DNA from: Candidatus Multivoradales bacterium
GTDB taxonomy: Bacteria > Acidobacteriota > Thermoanaerobaculia > Multivoradales > J023
Reading direction: 5' to 3'
DNA: 64,000 bases
NCBI GenBank assembly: GCA_965248925.1
Contig: CBDFLE010000005.1
Coordinates: forward strand, 1,760,001-1,824,000
Below, one piece after another: positions 60,453 through 64,000 of the stretch. Both the position numbers and the translations under genes were made by a program. Position 1 is the first letter of the stretch. Each line of letters starts with the position of its first letter. The notes beneath the pieces are model-generated. The model searched no databases, was not told the DNA's origin, and saw only the letters and a program-made list of their open reading frames with translations.

Positions 60453-62045
60453 CTAGGAAGGATTATCAAGAACCAATATCTCGACCCATCGAGGTGCAGC
60501 TGGGTCGAGCAACAAGTCGGCGTGGAGCTGCCCGAGTACCGACTCCCCAGAAGCGACTGATGCCTGGACCCCACCGACTCCGCGCAGCGTCTCGGCGGAT
60601 CTCCCGACGACCGGAGCTTCGATCGGTCGGTCGTGGTGAGCCCGACGATGCGTTTCTTGGAAGTGTTCGAGCCGCGGCACGATGGCGTCGGAGCCGACGA
60701 TCAGAAACAGCTCCTTGCCCCCAGCGCTAGTGACCCGCCAGCTTTGTTCCGCGCCATCGAGGACGCCCGGAAGCAGGTGGATCCCCGGGCCCAGCGGATT
60801 GGCCGGCTGGAGACCGGGCAGGGGGAAGAGCACAAAGAGATTGCCTTTTTCGTCTTCGTTGAAAACATAGACATGAGTCGGCTCGTCGAGCTCGACGCGC
60901 AGGTTCAGCCGGTCGCCCGCCTGAACCGAGGATCCGTTGGCGAGGCGTACTTGAGAGCCGGTGCGCCGGCCCCAGAGGCTGGCTCGAACTGTGCCATCGG
61001 CAGGTGAAGGAGGTAGGTTGAAGCGCCACCACCCGAAAACGGCGACGGCGAGGAGCAGCACGGAGATCGCCGCCGAGAACCAGCGCCATCTTTGGGTGCG
61101 CGGCTCCGGCTCTATCCTCTCGGAACGGTGTTGGAGAAGCTGCCGCTCCGCATGGCCAGCCGAAACGGGTCGCTCGGTCGGCCGCTTGGCAAGCAACGAA
61201 TCGATCGTCGCCACCAACTCGCTCGGTAGATCGGGTCGCAGGTCCCTGAGCGTCCGCCTTGCTCCCGCCGACCGGTGCCGGCCGGTCGCCATCCGGAAGA
61301 GTAAGGCCCCCAGGGCAAAAAGATCGGAAGCTGGTGTCGAGGCGCCGCCAACCGCGACCTCCGGAGCCAAATAGCCGGCCGTTCCTTGCGGCATCACCCG
61401 CTGGCCCTCAGCCGGTGCGTGCGCGGCGCCGAAGTCGACGAGCACGGGCCGACCGTCTTCGTTGCGGACGACATTGCTGGTCTTGATGTCGCCGTGCACC
61501 AGCCCTTCGCCGTGCACGGCGGCGAGGGCGCGGCATAGCTCGCTGCCGACGGCCACCAGCTCGCTGGCACCCAATGGCCCATCCTCTTCGAGCCGCTGTT
61601 CCAGAGTCTTGCCCGGCAAGAGATCCGTCCAAATTCCAGCCCGCTCCTGGTTCACCGCGGCGCCGAAGACGGTCACGACGTTCGGATGCCGCACGCGGGC
61701 GAGCCGTTGCGCTTCAGCCAGCCAGGGGCGGGCCAGTGAGCCCCTACCGCGGCTCAGCTTGAGGGCAACTTCTCGGCCTACTTGTGGGTCCCAAGCGCGG
61801 AATACCTCGCCAAACTGGCCCGCTGCCAGTTTTTCTAGGATTTCGAGCGGGCCCCAGCGGAAAAGGATGTCGGTCTCCTGCGGTCGACTCTGCTGCGTCG
61901 CGAAGGCTTCGGCGACCTGCGACAGAGTTCTCAACCCCTCCAACCCAGCGCTGAGGCCAGCTTGTTCCTCACTCTCCCAGGCCACCGTGGAGCCGTCGCT
62001 CACCGAGCCGGCGAGCTCGACCAGGCGCTCATCGAGATCGTTCAC
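60453..62045 (-). CDS. Membrane Ser/Thr protein kinase with C-terminal DUF4384-like domain
   Basis: AGQFGEVFRA, VALK, HPNVV, HGDIKTSN, DFG, GTAGYLAPE; TM helix; GDRLNLRV....HVYVFNED..G....LFP. Confidence 0.9.
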   Translation of the reverse strand: MNDLDERLVELAGSVSDGSTVAWESEEQAGLSAGLEGLRTLSQVAEAFATQQSRPQETDILFRWGPLEILEKLAAGQFGEVFRAWDPQVGREVALKLSRGRGSLARPWLAEAQRLARVRHPNVVTVFGAAVNQERAGIWTDLLPGKTLEQRLEEDGPLGASELVAVGSELCRALAAVHGEGLVHGDIKTSNVVRNEDGRPVLVDFGAAHAPAEGQRVMPQGTAGYLAPEVAVGGASTPASDLFALGALLFRMATGRHRSAGARRTLRDLRPDLPSELVATIDSLLAKRPTERPVSAGHAERQLLQHRSERIEPEPRTQRWRWFSAAISVLLLAVAVFGWWRFNLPPSPADGTVRASLWGRRTGSQVRLANGSSVQAGDRLNLRVELDEPTHVYVFNEDEKGNLFVLFPLPGLQPANPLGPGIHLLPGVLDGAEQSWRVTSAGGKELFLIVGSDAIVPRLEHFQETHRRAHHDRPIEAPVVGRSAETLRGVGGVQASVASGESVLGQLHADLLLDPAAPRWVEILVLDNPS

Positions 62046-62620
62046 CCGTCCATCTCCCTGGCCATGCGGGCGAGGGCCCTCGAGACCGTCATTCGGGCGC
62101 CGTTGGCGGTCGGACTGGCGATGGACTCGGCGATTTGAAGGTAGGAATAGCCAAACTCGACCCGCAGCAGGACCGCTTCTCTTTGGCGTGGCTCCAACAA
62201 GGCCAACGCGCTCTCATAGGCGACCATCGCTTGGCGTCCGATGACCCGCTCGACTGCTGAAGGCGACGAGTCGGGCAGCTCGCGATCGATCGGGTCGTGG
62301 GGCGGACGACGCCCAACCCGACGGACTTCGTCGCGCACCGCGTTGAGCAGGATCTGGCGCAAGTAGGCGAGAAAGGCTCCCTCGCCCCGGTTTTCGAACC
62401 GCGCCACATTCTGCAGGGCGCGTAGAAGCGTCACCTGCACCAGATCGTCGGTTTCCGCTGTAGCGCGGGCAAAGAGTGGCAAGCGACCGCGTGCCCACCG
62501 TTGGAGTAACGGTAAGAAACGCTCCATCAGCCGTTGCCTTGCCGCTTCGTCTCCCGACCGGGCCTGATCCAACAGCTCGCCGGTTGGCTGGTCGCGGCCG
62601 GTCTGTTTGGGCTTGGACAT
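62042..62620 (-). CDS. ECF-family sigma factor translationally coupled to the kinase
   Basis: GDEAARQRL, DDLVQVTLL, YLRQILLN, REAVLLRVEFGYSYLQIA, ARMTVSRAL; 4-nt overlap with the kinase gene. Confidence 0.9.
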   Translation of the reverse strand: MSKPKQTGRDQPTGELLDQARSGDEAARQRLMERFLPLLQRWARGRLPLFARATAETDDLVQVTLLRALQNVARFENRGEGAFLAYLRQILLNAVRDEVRRVGRRPPHDPIDRELPDSSPSAVERVIGRQAMVAYESALALLEPRQREAVLLRVEFGYSYLQIAESIASPTANGARMTVSRALARMAREMDG

Positions 62621-63096
62621 GGCAGAAACCACGGGTCCGGACTCGAGGTTGCGCTGCCCTTCCCGGCCCCGGGTCGGGAACGGTAGGAGATTGGGCCTCG
62701 ATTCGACCCGCGGCGCCGAGTTTACCCGACGTCTCGGTGATGAAAACAAAGATTTCGTCACGTCCTGGCGCTCGTGTTCCATTCACCCGAGAGAAACGTC
62801 GACCTGGCCGAGACCGCACGCGTTTCATCGTGGCTTCAAGAAACCACCAACAAGAAACTACGAATCATGCGACCGCAGCGCGGTAGGCACCGCCCGTGCG
62901 GTTGAGCTCGTGGCGACGTTTCTTATCTCGAACGCAGCCATCACCACCGACCGAGAGGGCCGATTCACGGCTCGCGAAAGGACCACGATGAGATTAGACT
63001 CGAAATCGCAGAGGCGCGTGAGCCAGCGGGTAGGTTCTCTCCGCCACAGGTTCCCGATCCGGGAATGCTGATGGCCGCGAACCTCCAGGAGAGCCG

Positions 63097-63786
63097 ATGA
63101 TGCGACGTTTCGTATCGAGGGTCCTCGCCGTGGCGCTGCTGGTTTCCGCTGGCTGCGCGGCAGCGCGAGCCGAGGGCACCGCGGCGTTGACCGACGCCGA
63201 GATCGAGACGGCGTTCGCCGCCGGCTGTAGCCGGGCTCATCGCATCGAGCATTACCGAGGGGTGGGCAATCGCCACCAGGTGATCGGCCCTCTTTGGTTG
63301 GAGAAGCCCGGGGAGGACCCTCCGCGGGGGGTGATCCTGCCGCCTTTCTTGCGCGTCTTTCTGGAAGGGCGGTCCCGGCGCTGCAAGAAATTCGATGTCG
63401 AAGCTTTGCGCCCCTTAGCAGAGGCTGAGATCTGGGTTGTTCTATGGCGCCATGAAGATCCACCGAGCCCGCCGTTTCGGTCGTACACCACGTCCGATCA
63501 GAAGGTGCTGCGCCCGACCGAAGTGAGGCACCGAGCAGACGACACTTGGCACCAGCCGCTGTGGACGCGAAGCGAAGACCGCTGGATCCTCCGCTGGTTT
63601 GCCCACGACTGGAACGAGAAAGAGAGCCTACTGGCGTCTTTCGCCCAACTGGATGAGACCGGCGCTCTGCATGTGGACTACAAGGTCGAAGAGAACGGCC
63701 GTTCCTATCTCCGGGAGTCGGCGGTGTTTCCCTTGACCTCCTACAGCAAGACCTGGTGGACCGCGGCCTTTGGAGAGGCGCCATGA
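63097..63786 (+). CDS. Hypothetical exported/lipoprotein
   Basis: AGGAG RBS; RRFVSRVLAVALLVSAGC signal with lipobox-like end. Confidence 0.55.
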   Translation: MMRRFVSRVLAVALLVSAGCAAARAEGTAALTDAEIETAFAAGCSRAHRIEHYRGVGNRHQVIGPLWLEKPGEDPPRGVILPPFLRVFLEGRSRRCKKFDVEALRPLAEAEIWVVLWRHEDPPSPPFRSYTTSDQKVLRPTEVRHRADDTWHQPLWTRSEDRWILRWFAHDWNEKESLLASFAQLDETGALHVDYKVEENGRSYLRESAVFPLTSYSKTWWTAAFGEAP

Positions 63787-64000
63787 TCTCTAAGCTCCAG
63801 CAATTACCTGAGTGGTTCTTCATCCTCGCATTTCTCGCGCTGGTGGTGGTGTTGTGGATCTACGCGGCGCGTCACTGGAAGAACCGAAAGGAAGAGCTCA
63901 AGATCTTGATGCCGAATCTTGGTTATCAACCCATCGCCGAGCCCTCCTATAAGGCCCTCTTGCCGGAGCTTCTATTTCACCCCAACGGCTTCGAATCCAT
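63783..64000 (+). CDS. Hypothetical membrane-anchored protein (3' partial)
   Basis: ATGA overlap with the previous gene; MISKLQQLPEWFFILAFLALVVVLWIYAARHWK; frame open to the window end. Confidence 0.55.
   Translation, partial: MISKLQQLPEWFFILAFLALVVVLWIYAARHWKNRKEELKILMPNLGYQPIAEPSYKALLPELLFHPNGFES

Noticed and set aside
1-64000. tRNA, rRNA or prophage genes
   Set aside because: No cloverleaf, rRNA-like tract, integrase or phage structural gene was recognised.

Overview
GC-rich bacterial chromosomal segment, most likely Acidobacteriota (inferred from an ADOP-type permease remnant, ECF sigma/Ser-Thr kinase pairs and an XRE-TPR protein). The housekeeping core is gcvP, uppS-like, ybdK-like, ilvA/tdcB, fxsA, mltA, trpS, ileS, aceBA with a divergent XRE regulator, and aspC/tyrB. 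Three accessory zones interrupt it. (i) A conflict/defence-like island at 1.4-8.3 kb carries an MNT-HEPN toxin-antitoxin pair, an XRE-TPR protein and a NACHT NTPase with a C-terminal FGE-sulfatase/CLec domain. The NACHT protein shares an amyloid-like N-terminal motif with the small helical protein encoded right after it, and its C-terminus looks like a DGR variable region. (ii) A four-gene cassette at 12-18.5 kb encodes an ECF sigma, an anti-sigma-like protein, a lipoprotein TPR-CHAT protease and an S8 protease. (iii) A decaying zone at 42-57 kb holds IS3 and IS21 elements and many gene fragments, followed by secreted crystallin-like and PI-PLC/ricin proteins and an ECF-kinase pair. Notable non-coding signals are a covarying three-way-junction structure shared by the unrelated IS3 and IS21 elements, a candidate Ile leader-peptide attenuator upstream of ileS, and a palindromic operator at the aceBA promoter. 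No rRNA, tRNA or CRISPR array was seen. All calls come from reading motifs by eye; no database searches were run.
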